Shown piece by piece: positions 1 to 9,789 of a DNA stretch of 64,000 nucleotides. Below the pieces are notes generated by a model. That model was given only the letters and a program-made list of their open reading frames with translations. It was not told where the DNA came from and searched no databases. Made by a program: the position numbers and the translations under genes. The stretch lies in contig NIVC01002522.1 of the NCBI GenBank assembly GCA_002269645.1, positions 62,001-126,000 of the forward strand. The letters are read 5' to 3'. The first letter of the stretch is position 1; every line of letters starts with the position of its first letter. Source of the stretch: Macrostomum lignano. Its lineage: Eukaryota.

Positions 1-155
1 TGCTAAGTCAAGTTGAACCTCGACGCTCTTGCTACATGCGGCACTCTCCGCACACCGACTTGTCACAGCACTTTTTGTTGGCTTACAAGCTTTTTTAGTT
101 ATCATTTATACTAGCGTTGATGTTAAATGCATCTTTTCATGTACACTTCTCCAGT

Positions 156-1392
156 CTCCTCAGGTTGTTCCCCTGAATCTTCTCAGGTTGTTCCCCTGAA
201 TCTCCTCAGCTTGTTCCCCTGAATCTCCTCAGCTTGTTCCCCTGAATCTCCTCAGCTTGTTCCCCTGAATCTCCTCAGCTTGTTCCCCTGAATCTCCTCA
301 GCTTGTTCCCCTGAATCTCCTCAGCTTGTTCCTCTGAATCTCTTCAGGTTGTCCCCTGAATCTTCTCAGGTTGTTCCCCTGAATCTCCTCAGCTTGTTCC
401 CCTGAATCTCTTCAGGTTGTTCCCCTGAATCTCCTCAGCTTGTTCCCCTGAATCTCTTCAGGTTGTTCCCCTGAATCTTCTCAGATTGTTCCCCTGAATC
501 TCCTCAGGTTGTTCCCCTGAATCTCCTCAGCTTGTTCCCCTGAATCTCCTCAGCTTGTTCCCCTGAATCTCCTCAGCTTGTTCCTCTGAATCTCTTCAGG
601 TTGTCCCCTGAATCTTCTCAGGTTGTTCCCCTGAATCTCCTCAGCTTGTTCCCCTGAATCTCTTCAGGTTGTTCCCCTGAATCTCCTCAGCTTGTTCCCC
701 TGAATCTCTTCAGGTTGTTCCCCTGAATCTCCTCAGCTTGTTCCCCTGAATCTCCTCAGGTTGTTCCCCTGAATCTCCTCAGCTTGTTCCCCTGAATCTC
801 TTCAGGTTGTTCCCCTGGATCTTCTCAGATTGTTCCCCTGAATCTTCTCAGGTAGTTCCCCTGCATCTTCTCAGATTGTTCCCCTGAATCTTCTCAGGTA
901 GTTCCCCTGCATCTCCTCAGGTTGTTCTCCTGGATCTTCTCAGATTGTTCCCCTGAATCTTCTCAGGTTGTTACCCTGAATCTCCTCGGGTTGTTCCTTG
1001 AATCTCCTCAGGTTGTTTCCTGAATCTCCTCAGGTTGTTCCTTTGAGTCTCCTCAGATTGTTCCTCTGAATCTCCTCAGGTTGTTCCCCTGAATCTCCTC
1101 AGGTTTTTCCCCTGAATCTCCTCAGGTTGTTCCCCTGAATCTCCTCAGGTTATTCCCCTGAATCTCCTCAGGTTATTCCTTTGAATCTCCTCAGATTGTT
1201 CCCCTGAATCTCCACAGGTTATTCCTTTGAATCTCCTCAGATTGTTCCCCTGAATCTATACAGGTTGTTCCTCTGAATCTCCTCAGGTTATTCATTTGAA
1301 TCTCCTCGGGTTGTTCCCTGAATCTTCTCAGGTTGTTCCCTGAATCTCCTCAGGTTGTTCCCCTGAATTTCCTCAGGTTCCCCTGAATCTCT
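156..1392. repeat. 23-bp minisatellite (CTCCTCAGGTTGTTCCCCTGAAT)n
   Basis: Directly visible tandem units with scattered variants. Confidence 0.95.
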
Positions 1393-1507
1393 AATACTCC
1401 GCTTCTCCTTTCTTCCCCTTTTCTCCTTTCCTTTCCGCTCAGTCTCACTCCTGTACTACCCAATCTCATCGTGGTCTCCCCAAATTAAAAAAAGTTGCAA
1501 AACTCAC

Positions 1508-1737
1508 GCATCAGCTGGCAGGTCGCCGCCATGCCGCAGGCCCAGCCGCTGTCGCTGCCGCAGGTGCGGCTCCTCATCCCGCATGCCGGTGAAGGCCAGA
1601 TCAACCGCACGGCCGCACCTGCCGCTGCCGCTGCTGCAGTCGGAGTTCGAGTCGGAGTCTGACTCCTTTCGGAAGCAGCTCAGCGGTCGCAGCAGCTTGC
1701 CCAGTCCTCCACGCTTCTGAGTTGCTGCCGTGTGCAT
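1508..1737 (-). CDS. Candidate coding exon of an unidentified minus-strand gene (MHTAATQKRGGLGKLLRPLSCFRK...)
   Basis: GC-rich island. ACTCTTGCAG acceptor-like site just before the ATG and GTGAGT donor at 1507-1502. No recognisable domain. Confidence 0.3.
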
Positions 1738-2060
1738 TTGGGCTGCAAGAGTCTTTCAATAGCGTGGGAATGCAGTTAATACATTTTGGCTGCATGTGTC
1801 TTGGCCGCCCTATATTTAAAGCGCAGTTTGCTACTGTGACAGCCCGATTGGCTCCCAGTGCTCTGGGCCAATTCGAGAATTGTCTTTTGTGTTCTATTTT
1901 TAGAATCAACGTCATTTCCCGCCCCAAGCTACTTCTGTTCCGTATGCGATTGTTATAGTAGTCAGCTTTATTTGGCCAAAGAGTACCAGACCAAGTAGTC
2001 TGAGCTGGAGATCTCTCCCAAATCAATGAGAATTGATTGTACTGAATGAACCATCTTAAA

Positions 2061-2251
2061 CAATCTAGACACATTCACAATCTAGACACATTCACAATCT
2101 AGACACATTCACAATCTAGACATATTCACAATCTAGACACATTCACAATCTAGACACATTCACAATCTAGACACATTCACAATCTGTAAAAAATCACAAT
2201 CTAGACACATTCACAATCTGTAAAAAATCACAATCTAGACACATTCACAAT
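2061..2251. repeat. 17-bp tandem repeat (CAATCTAGACACATTCA)n
   Basis: Visible tandem units. Confidence 0.9.
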
Positions 2252-2784
2252 CCACTCCAGATGTTTTATCTCGAACTCCATGGCAGAGCTTATCGGGGTA
2301 ACTTGAAATGCAAACTTTTACAGTCCGGGGTAAATGAGTCATCTATTGATTCGTGATCTTGTTTAGTTGGGCTTACAGAAGTGGGACACAAATTTTACGA
2401 TTAATGCTAACTTTTATAGGGCCAGTGGGTGCAGTGCAAAATGCTGGTAGACAAGCAGGTGAGGAGCTTGGGTTCATAGCTGATCCTCAACTGCGATCCC
2501 TATCTGAGGATTCATGTAGATTCCCACTGCGTCGGGATTTTTGATAAGGTGGAAATGGGATTGGGGTTCAGGCACAGGTTGGGCCATCGATACAGACAGG
2601 TGAATGAATGCTATTTCGAACTTGCTTTGGTTATCAATTGTATGAAGCAGACTCGTTGCTGTTCGAAGCTGGGGACAGAGTGGGGAAAAAAGAAAGACTT
2701 TTAAGAAAGAAGAGAAAGAGAAAGAAGAGAAATAAAAATACTGATGATATCAAACTCAGCGGGGGGCACACTAGGGGATTTGTG

Positions 2785-3706
2785 AAGAGGAGAGGGAGAA
2801 GAGGAGAGGAGAGGAGAGGGAGAAGAGGAGAGGAGAGGAGAGGGAGGAGAGGAGAGGAGAGGGAGAAGAGGAGAGGAAAGGGAGAAGAGGAGAGGAGAGG
2901 AGAGGGAGAAAAGGAGAGGAGAGGAGAGGGAGAAGAGGAGAGGAGAGGGAGAAGATGAGAGGAGAGGGAGAAGAGGAGAGGAGAGGGAGAAGAGGAGAGG
3001 AGAGAGAGAAGAGGGAGAAGTGGATAGGAGGGAGAAAAGAAGAGGAGAGGAGAGGGAGAAGATGAGAGGAGAGGGAGAAGAGGAGAGGAGAGGAGAGGGA
3101 GAAGAGGAGAGGAGAGGGAGAAGATGAGAGGAGAGGGAGAAGAGGAGAGGAGAGGGAGAAGAGGAGAGGAGAGAGAGAAGAGGAGAGGAGAGGGAGAAGA
3201 GGAGAGGAGAGGGAGGAGAGGAGAGGAGAGGAGAGGAGAGGGAGAAGAGGAGAGGAGAGGGAGAAGAGGAGAGGAGAGGGAGAAGAGGAGAGGAGAGGGA
3301 GAAGAGGAGAGGAGAGGGAGAAGAGGAGAGGAGAGGGAGAAGAGGAGAGGAGAGGGAGAAGAGGAGAGGAGAGGGAGAAGAGGAGAGGGAGAAGAGGAGA
3401 GGAGAGGGAGAAGAGGAGAGGGAGAAGAGGAGAGGAGAGGGAGAAGAGGAGAGGAGAGGGAGAAGAGGAGAGGAGAGGGAGAAGAGGAGAGGAGAGGGAG
3501 AAGAGGAGAGGAGAGGGAGAAGAGGAGAGGAGAGGGAGAAGAGGAGAGGGGAGGGAGAAGAGGAGAGGAGAGAGAGAAGAGGAGAGGAGAGGGAGAAAAG
3601 GAGAGGAGAGGAGAGGGAGAAGAGGAGAGGAGGGAGAAAAGGAGAGGAGAGGAGAGGGAGAAGAGGAGAGGAGGGAGAAAAGGAGAGGAGAGGAGAGGGA
3701 GAAGAC
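2785..3706. repeat. GA-rich low-complexity tandem array
   Basis: Almost purely G/A, with (GAGAGGAGAGGGAGAAGAG)-like units. Confidence 0.95.
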
Positions 3707-4064
3707 CTTGCAAGGAACTTGTGCCCATGCTTGTGATTAGCTTGCTGAATTCCATACGATCTGATTGAGGTCTTTGCGAAAGTCAGGAATGCCATAATTT
3801 GAAGGCTTGAAAATGCAAAAACAGATGCAGAAGCTCTTTCATTAAGTGGAGCAGGTGCATTGTCAGGATTAGATACAGCTATTTATTCAAGCTCGTTCTT
3901 TCTTTCGTAGAAAACTTGATGTATATGTACGAGCGTATGATGAATTGATCATTCGAGAATCTTGAGTACTGCAATGTTTCTTTACAGAAACGTTGGTACC
4001 TTTCTAACGGAGAATGCTGAGATACCGATAAAATGCTAAATGAGAGTTTATAAGAAAGAGAATA

Positions 4065-4489
4065 GAGGAGTGACAAGGAGAGTGGAGTGACACGAAGTGA
4101 GGAGTGACACGAAGAGAGGAGTGACACGAAGAGAGGAGTGACACGAAAAGAGGAGTGACACGGAGTGAGGAGTGACATGGAGAGAGGAGTGACAAGGAGA
4201 GAGGAGTGACACGGAGTGAGGAGTGACACGAAGAGAGGAGTGACACGGAGTGAGGAGTGACAAGGAGAGAGGAGTGACACGGAGAGAGGAGTGACAAGGA
4301 GAGAGGAGTGACACGAAGAGAGGAGTGACAAGGAGAGAGGAGTGACACGGAGTGAGGAGTGACACGAAGAGAGGAGTGACACGGAGTGAGGAGTGACACG
4401 GAGTGAGGAGTGACACGAAGAGAGGAGTGACAAGGAGAGAGGAGTGACAAGGAGAGAGGAGTGACAAGGAGAGAGGAGTGACACGAAGA
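4065..4489. repeat. 17-bp minisatellite (GAGGAGTGACACGAAGA and variants), left part, interrupted by the LTR element
   Basis: The same units resume at 9018. Confidence 0.92.
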
Positions 4490-4540
4490 TGTTGTGTATT
4501 GCAAAGGCATGCGATGCGTAGGGGTAGTTCGGGGACAGCG

Positions 4541-4617
4541 TTTCTAGAAACTTCCACCGCGGACTTGTTTACGCATAGTTCCAGAAGTTTCCTTCCCCGG
4601 TCTTTCTAGAACTTTCC
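4541..4617 (+). promoter_or_regulatory. Three perfect heat-shock elements (nTTCnnGAAnnTTCn) in the 5' LTR
   Basis: tTTCtaGAAacTTCc 4541-4555, gTTCcaGAAgtTTCc 4578-4592, tTTCtaGAActTTCc 4603-4617; all match the HSF consensus of inverted nGAAn pentamers. Confidence 0.85.
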
Positions 4618-4628
4618 TTCCCCGCGTG

Positions 4629-4638
4629 CATAAATATA
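4629..4638 (+). promoter_or_regulatory. TATA-like box of the LTR promoter
   Basis: CATAAATATA 11 bp after the proximal HSE. Confidence 0.6.
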
Positions 4639-4738
4639 CGAGCCGCCCTCCTATTGGCCAACCCCCTCTTTTGGTGCCACGAGCGCCCGGATAATTATCT
4701 ATCTTGTTTCTGCGTTCGTTAATTCAACAACAGAACAT

Positions 4739-4753
4739 TGGCGACGAGGATGG
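4739..4753 (+). other. Primer-binding site complementary to the tRNA-Ser(GCU) 3' end
   Basis: TGGCGACGAGGATGG is the reverse complement of CCATCCTCGTCGCCA, the recalled 3' end of animal tRNA-Ser(GCU); starts 1 nt after the LTR. Confidence 0.8.
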
Positions 4754-7700
4754 CGGCTAGCATCCCTGCACCCACGCCCTTCCTGGCGAACTGCGGATCA
4801 CCGACAGTACCATGGAGCCGATGGATTGAGGCCTTTGAATTTTATTACGAGGCGGCCCAATTCAAGGAGCCCGAAGGGAAGGAAGAGGCGAAACCGCTGA
4901 AGAGGAGCCTTCTGCTCCATCTGCTTGGATTTGAAGGTCAGCGGGTTGCTCGAGCACGCCAAGCAATCAAGGAGAACGACACGTTCGCAGCAACTAAGGC
5001 GGAGCTCGAGAAGATCTTCGGCGAGAAGCCCAACGTGATGGTAGCCAGATATCGCTTCCGCCAGCGCCAGCAGCTACCCGGCGAGGACGTCAAGACCTTC
5101 GTGGCAGCCCTGAGGGAGCTGACGGAGCTGTGCAACTACGGCGCGATACAGGACGATCTCATCAGAGACCAGCTGGCTGAGAAGACCAGTAACCCCAGAA
5201 TCCGAGAGAGGCTGCTGACGGAGAAGGTGGAGGACCTCAACCTGGCGAAAGCGCTCAGCATCGCGGTCTCCATCGAGGAAGCCTCCAAAGAAGCCAAGGC
5301 GATGGCGCCATCAACCTCGAGCACGGCAGCCGTCCAATCGATCCGACAGCCGAGGGGCCAGAAGGTCGCTGCAAAGGGGAGGCACCGCCCAGCACCAGCT
5401 GGCAGGACGGCCAAACCCGGTGGCGCCTGCACGCGCTGTGGGCGAGACCACGGACCGACGACCCCCTGTCCGGCCAAGGGCAAGACATGCGACGCCTGTG
5501 GCAAGAAGAACCACTTCCGGAGTTGCTGTCGCAGCCAGCAGGCTGCTGTCAATGCCGCGGACGAGGTGATCACAGTCTACGCAGTGCCGGGTGGCGACAG
5601 GGAGGTCCGGGCGACGCTGGAACTCGGACCGGACAGGACTGCTGTCAGCCTGATGGTGGACTGCGGCGCAAGGGTGTCGCTGCTGTCCCGACAGACCGCC
5701 GACCGGATCTCAGGTGCAGTCACCTCTCCCACCACGACGAAGCTGCGTGCCTACGGTGGACTGCCGATCCAGCTAAGTGGTGTCACCGAGCTGGAGGTGC
5801 GCTACGGCGACAAGGCGATGCAGCACCGGTTCTTCGTTGCGCCAGGCGGCGACAACATCGTCGGTAGAGACCTGATGGAGAAGCTGGGCTTCCGAGTCGA
5901 CCTTAGCGGGCAGCCGCCCGGAATCGCGGAGGTCAGCGACTTGACGGCGGACTTGCAGGCGCGGTACCCAACGACCTTCAGCGGTGCGATAGGATGCTGC
6001 GCCGGCGCTGTACACCAGCCCAAGGTCGACCCAGCAGCGCGACCCGTCCAGCAGCCACTCCGCCGCCTGCCCCTCATGCGACAGGAGCAGGTCGGTGCCG
6101 AACTCGACAAGATGGAGAAGGACGGCATCATCGAGCGAGTCAACGCTAGCGAGTGGGTCTCCAATCTAGTGGTGACGGCGAAGAAGGATGGCAGCATCCG
6201 AATCTGCGTCGACGTTCGCGGGCCGAACAAGGCACTGATCGTCGACAAGCACCCGATGCCACAGCTGGACGAGATTGCCTCGAAGATCAAGAAAGGCCGT
6301 GGCCGAGTGTTCAGCAAGATTGATCTGAAGTCGGGCTACATGCAGATGCAGCTGCATGAATCGAGCCGCAATCTGACAGCCTTCATCACGCACAAGGGGC
6401 TCTTCCGCTATCGTCGAGTTCCCTTCGGCCTGGCATCGGCACCAGCTGCTTTCCAGCGCATGCTCGACGATCAGGCCGCCGACCTCGACGGAGTGGAGCA
6501 CATCCTGGATGACTTCATCGTGTACGGGCGCAGCGAGGAGGAGCATGATCGACGACTGGAGAAGTTGCTCCAGCGCCTCGAGGACAAGGGCATGACGGTG
6601 AACAAGCAGAAGTGCGCCTTCAAGCAGAAAGAGGTCGAATTCTTCGGATTCGTGATCTCGGAGGCCGGCATCCGGCCAACGGAGTCAGCCACAGCGGCCA
6701 TCAGGGACATCCGGCAGCCCGGAGATCAGAAGGCGTTGAAGTCATTCCTAGGCGCCGCTAACTTCCTGATGCGCTTCGTGCCGCACTACGCCGACATCAC
6801 AGAGCCGCTTCGAAGGCTCCTGAAGGCCGACTCCAACTTCGACTGGACGCCGGAGTGCCAACGGGCGTTCGAAGCAGTGAAGGACGCCATCAGCAAGGCA
6901 CCGACGCTCGCCCACTTCGACCCGAAGGCCGACACTATCGTCACCACGGACGCCAGCGCCAAGGCCATCGGAGCCCAGCTGTCGCAGATCCAGGACGGCG
7001 TCGAGCGACCGGTCGCCTTCGCCGCCCGAGCGCTGACGACGACGGAACAGCGCTACGCCGCGAACGAGCGCGAGGCACTGGCTAGCCTCTGGGCGATGGA
7101 GAAGTGGCATTTCTACCTCTACGGTCGCCACTTCGAGCTGCGCACAGATCATCAGGCGCTGCAGCAGCTGCTTCTGGGACCGACCGGCACGGGACACCGG
7201 CCACTGCAGATTCAAAGGTGGTGCGACCGGCGGCTGCAGTACGACTTCCACGTGCGCTACCTGCCAGGAAACAGCAACTACGTTGCCGATCTGCTTTCCC
7301 GGTGGAGCAGCGGATCGGAGCTAAACCTGATCCACCTGCCCGACACTCCAGGCCCGAGAGTCAAGGCGGTCACACTGGAAGCACTTACCGCAGGGACCGC
7401 AGCCGACGAGACACTGAGGACAGCCATCAGGAGCGTCATTAGCGGCCGGTGGCCAGCTGACATCGACGACGTCGAGCTGCGGGCGCTCTGGAAGGTGCGC
7501 GAACAGCTAAGCGTCTGGAACAACGGCGAATGCCTTGCCTTCCAGGAGAGAGCGGTCATCCCGGAGTCTCTCCGCGGCCATCTTCTCGAGCAGGCTCACG
7601 AAGGGCACCAGGGCATCGTGCGCACCAAGCAGGCGCTCCGCGACTCAGTCTGGTGGCCCGCCATGGACAAGGCGGTCGAGACCTTCGTGCGACACTGCGT

Positions 7701-8274
7701 AGCGTGCGAAACAGCCGAGAAGAACTTTAAGGTCAGTCCGGCCCCGCTCAAGACCATACGCTGGCCAGATTCACCATGGGCAGAGATCGCCGTGGACATC
7801 GTCGGAGAACTGCAGGCGGCGCCGGCCTCTAGCAGGTACCTCATCGTCGTGACGGACCTGCACAGCAAGTGGCCGGAGGTCATCCCGACGGCCAGCATCA
7901 CCACGGAGACCATCTGCCGTGCGATGCGCAGCCTGTTCGCAAGGTGGGGGCTGTGCGAGAAGGTGCTGACGGACAACGGCCCGCAGTTTGGCAGCGAGTT
8001 CTCAGACTTCTTGGCCGAGCAGGGCATCCGGCACGTCAAGACCAGCCTCTACCATCCGCAAACCAACGGCCAGACGGAGCGTCTCAATCGGTCGCTACTC
8101 GCCAGCATCAGAGCGGCCATGGTGGAGAACAGGCCGTTTCAAGACGCCGTGACCAACTTCTTGTCTGCCTACCGGAGCTCCAAGCACAGCCTGACGGGCA
8201 AGTCACCGGCCGAGCTCATGCTGGGTCGGAAGTGGCGCACCGCGATCACCATGCTGTCTCCCGGAGGGGAATGA
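4750..8274 (+). CDS. Gag-Pol polyprotein (1174 aa from ATG 4750)
   Basis: Two CCHC knuckles (CTRCGRDHGPTTPC, CDACGKKNHFRSCC); protease VDCGA; RT RICVD / KIDLKSGY / PFGL / ILDD; RNase H TTDAS...RTDH; integrase H-H-C-C (AHEGHQG...CVAC) and core DIVG / TDNG / ERLNR. Confidence 0.96.
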   Translation: MAASIPAPTPFLANCGSPTVPWSRWIEAFEFYYEAAQFKEPEGKEEAKPLKRSLLLHLLGFEGQRVARARQAIKENDTFAATKAELEKIFGEKPNVMVARYRFRQRQQLPGEDVKTFVAALRELTELCNYGAIQDDLIRDQLAEKTSNPRIRERLLTEKVEDLNLAKALSIAVSIEEASKEAKAMAPSTSSTAAVQSIRQPRGQKVAAKGRHRPAPAGRTAKPGGACTRCGRDHGPTTPCPAKGKTCDACGKKNHFRSCCRSQQAAVNAADEVITVYAVPGGDREVRATLELGPDRTAVSLMVDCGARVSLLSRQTADRISGAVTSPTTTKLRAYGGLPIQLSGVTELEVRYGDKAMQHRFFVAPGGDNIVGRDLMEKLGFRVDLSGQPPGIAEVSDLTADLQARYPTTFSGAIGCCAGAVHQPKVDPAARPVQQPLRRLPLMRQEQVGAELDKMEKDGIIERVNASEWVSNLVVTAKKDGSIRICVDVRGPNKALIVDKHPMPQLDEIASKIKKGRGRVFSKIDLKSGYMQMQLHESSRNLTAFITHKGLFRYRRVPFGLASAPAAFQRMLDDQAADLDGVEHILDDFIVYGRSEEEHDRRLEKLLQRLEDKGMTVNKQKCAFKQKEVEFFGFVISEAGIRPTESATAAIRDIRQPGDQKALKSFLGAANFLMRFVPHYADITEPLRRLLKADSNFDWTPECQRAFEAVKDAISKAPTLAHFDPKADTIVTTDASAKAIGAQLSQIQDGVERPVAFAARALTTTEQRYAANEREALASLWAMEKWHFYLYGRHFELRTDHQALQQLLLGPTGTGHRPLQIQRWCDRRLQYDFHVRYLPGNSNYVADLLSRWSSGSELNLIHLPDTPGPRVKAVTLEALTAGTAADETLRTAIRSVISGRWPADIDDVELRALWKVREQLSVWNNGECLAFQERAVIPESLRGHLLEQAHEGHQGIVRTKQALRDSVWWPAMDKAVETFVRHCVACETAEKNFKVSPAPLKTIRWPDSPWAEIAVDIVGELQAAPASSRYLIVVTDLHSKWPEVIPTASITTETICRAMRSLFARWGLCEKVLTDNGPQFGSEFSDFLAEQGIRHVKTSLYHPQTNGQTERLNRSLLASIRAAMVENRPFQDAVTNFLSAYRSSKHSLTGKSPAELMLGRKWRTAITMLSPGGE

Positions 8275-8720
8275 CAACGACCGAGGCGACGCCTCAGGCA
8301 CTGCGGCAGCAAATCGAGGCGCGGCAGCAGCGGATCAAGGCCTACACGGATGCCAGACGAAGGGCCCGCCCCGAGACGTTCCACCCCGGCGATTGGGTGA
8401 GAATCCGACGGCCCACCAAGAAGGGCAAGCTGGGTACCCGCCTCTCACGGCCACTACAAGTGCTCCGTCAGGCGGGACACCACGCGGTCGAGCTCAGCGA
8501 CGGCACCAGATGGAACCAGCAGCGGCTGATCCGAACGCCGCACCCGGCGCAGCCGAGAGAGCGGTTCGACCCACTGGTGGACTCGGCGCCAACGACCGGA
8601 GCCGGCACGGCGGCACCGGCGGCACCGGCGGCGGAGCCTCCGGCAAGAACAGCAGCGCCCCGCCGATCTGAGCGAGCCAGGCACCCGCCGATACGCTACA
8701 TGAACTGCCGCTGGGACTGA
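8271..8720 (+). CDS. Integrase C-terminal region in the -1 frame (149 aa from ATG 8271)
   Basis: FHPGDWVRIRR and RRSERARHPPIRY motifs typical of gypsy integrase tails; its ATG overlaps the pol stop as ATGA (8271-8274). Confidence 0.75.
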   Translation: MTTTEATPQALRQQIEARQQRIKAYTDARRRARPETFHPGDWVRIRRPTKKGKLGTRLSRPLQVLRQAGHHAVELSDGTRWNQQRLIRTPHPAQPRERFDPLVDSAPTTGAGTAAPAAPAAEPPARTAAPRRSERARHPPIRYMNCRWD

Positions 8721-8753
8721 TTAAAGTGAAGCTTGGGGACTGTTGGACTCCTT

Positions 8754-8768
8754 GAAGGAGGGGAAGAA
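8754..8768 (+). other. Polypurine tract
   Basis: GAAGGAGGGGAAGAA abutting the 3' LTR. Confidence 0.9.
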
Positions 8769-9017
8769 TGTTGTGTATTGCAAAGGCATGCGATGCGTAG
8801 GGGTAGTTCGGGGACAGCGTTTCTAGAAACTTCCACCGCGGACTTGTTTACGCATAGTTCCAGAAGTTTCCTTCCCCGGTCTTTCTAGAACTTTCCTTCC
8901 CCGCGTGCATAAATATACGAGCCGCCCTCCTATTGGCCAACCCCCTCTTTTGGTGCCACCGAGCGCCCGGATAATTATCTATCTTGTTTCTGCGTTCGTT
9001 AATTCAACAACAGAACA
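8769..9017 (+). repeat. 3' LTR (249 bp) with the same three HSEs (8820-8834, 8857-8871, 8882-8896)
   Basis: Identical to the 5' LTR except for one extra C (GCCACCGAG vs GCCACGAG). Confidence 0.97.
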
Positions 9018-9156
9018 GAAGAGAGGAGTGACAAGGAGAGAGGAGTGACACGGAGTGAGGAGTGACACGAAGAGAGGAGTGACACGGAGTGAGGAGTGAC
9101 AAGGAGAGAGGAGTGACACGGAGAGAGGAGTGACACGAAGAGAGGAGTGACGAAGA
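9018..9156. repeat. 17-bp minisatellite, right part
   Basis: Continuation of the 4065-4489 array. Confidence 0.9.
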
Positions 9157-9789
9157 GACAGTAGTCATGAGAAGACTCAAGAGACAGACACCTCAGCTGA
9201 AAGGGTCAGGCAGTTCAGCTACAGTTCAAATTCACTTACCTCGAAAACAAAGCAAGTATGGACTCGAGCTGACAGGCAGCGCAGAGAGCAGCTCCAAGCT
9301 GAAATTCCTGACCACAAAGAAAAGATGGCAGGCAACTGCAGCAGAGGTCGGCGTTGATTAATAGCAAATAAAACTGTCAGCTCAGCTCGGAGTCAGAAAG
9401 ACAGAGTGAGGGTCAGGGTGCTCTCATTCCTCTCAAACCCAAGATTTCACTGTTAGGGGGGCTTAGTGAGGTGGGCTTGATGGAACACTTTGAGCTCTAG
9501 TAGATCATGACTGCTTCTAGTAGCTTTTGTGCCAGAGAACTGGCAACACGAGCTCAACAAAAAGCAGAGACCGCTGCGCCAAGCTAACTGGCCTGAAGTG
9601 GCGCAGTTTGACTCAATAGAAACTGTTTTTAACTTCGAGTATTTGACCTGCTTGCATTGCATAATGGGCCGCACTGCTTGCACCTGCCCAACTGCTGGAA
9701 ATGAGAGGAGGATAAACTAGCATGAGCCCCGAAATTTAACTTCATGACAATGCTCTTGTGAACATTTCTATGTCACTATACTGTATACC

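Larger units (their letters stand above)
4490..4737 (+). repeat. 5' LTR (248 bp)
   Basis: TG...CA ends; near-identical to 8769-9017. Confidence 0.97.
4490..9017 (+). mobile_element. Full-length Ty3/Gypsy LTR retrotransposon (Mag-like), recent insertion
   Basis: LTRs 4490-4737 and 8769-9017 (TGTT...AACA) differ by one 1-bp indel. 5-bp TSD GAAGA at 4485-4489 and 9018-9022. PBS, PPT, and domain order gag-PR-RT-RH-IN. Confidence 0.97.

Noticed and set aside
4938-8684. Antisense and alternative-frame ORFs within the retrotransposon, and a possible env gene
   Set aside because: These are shadow ORFs of GC3-rich coding sequence; only about 33 nt separate the integrase stop from the PPT, leaving no room for env.
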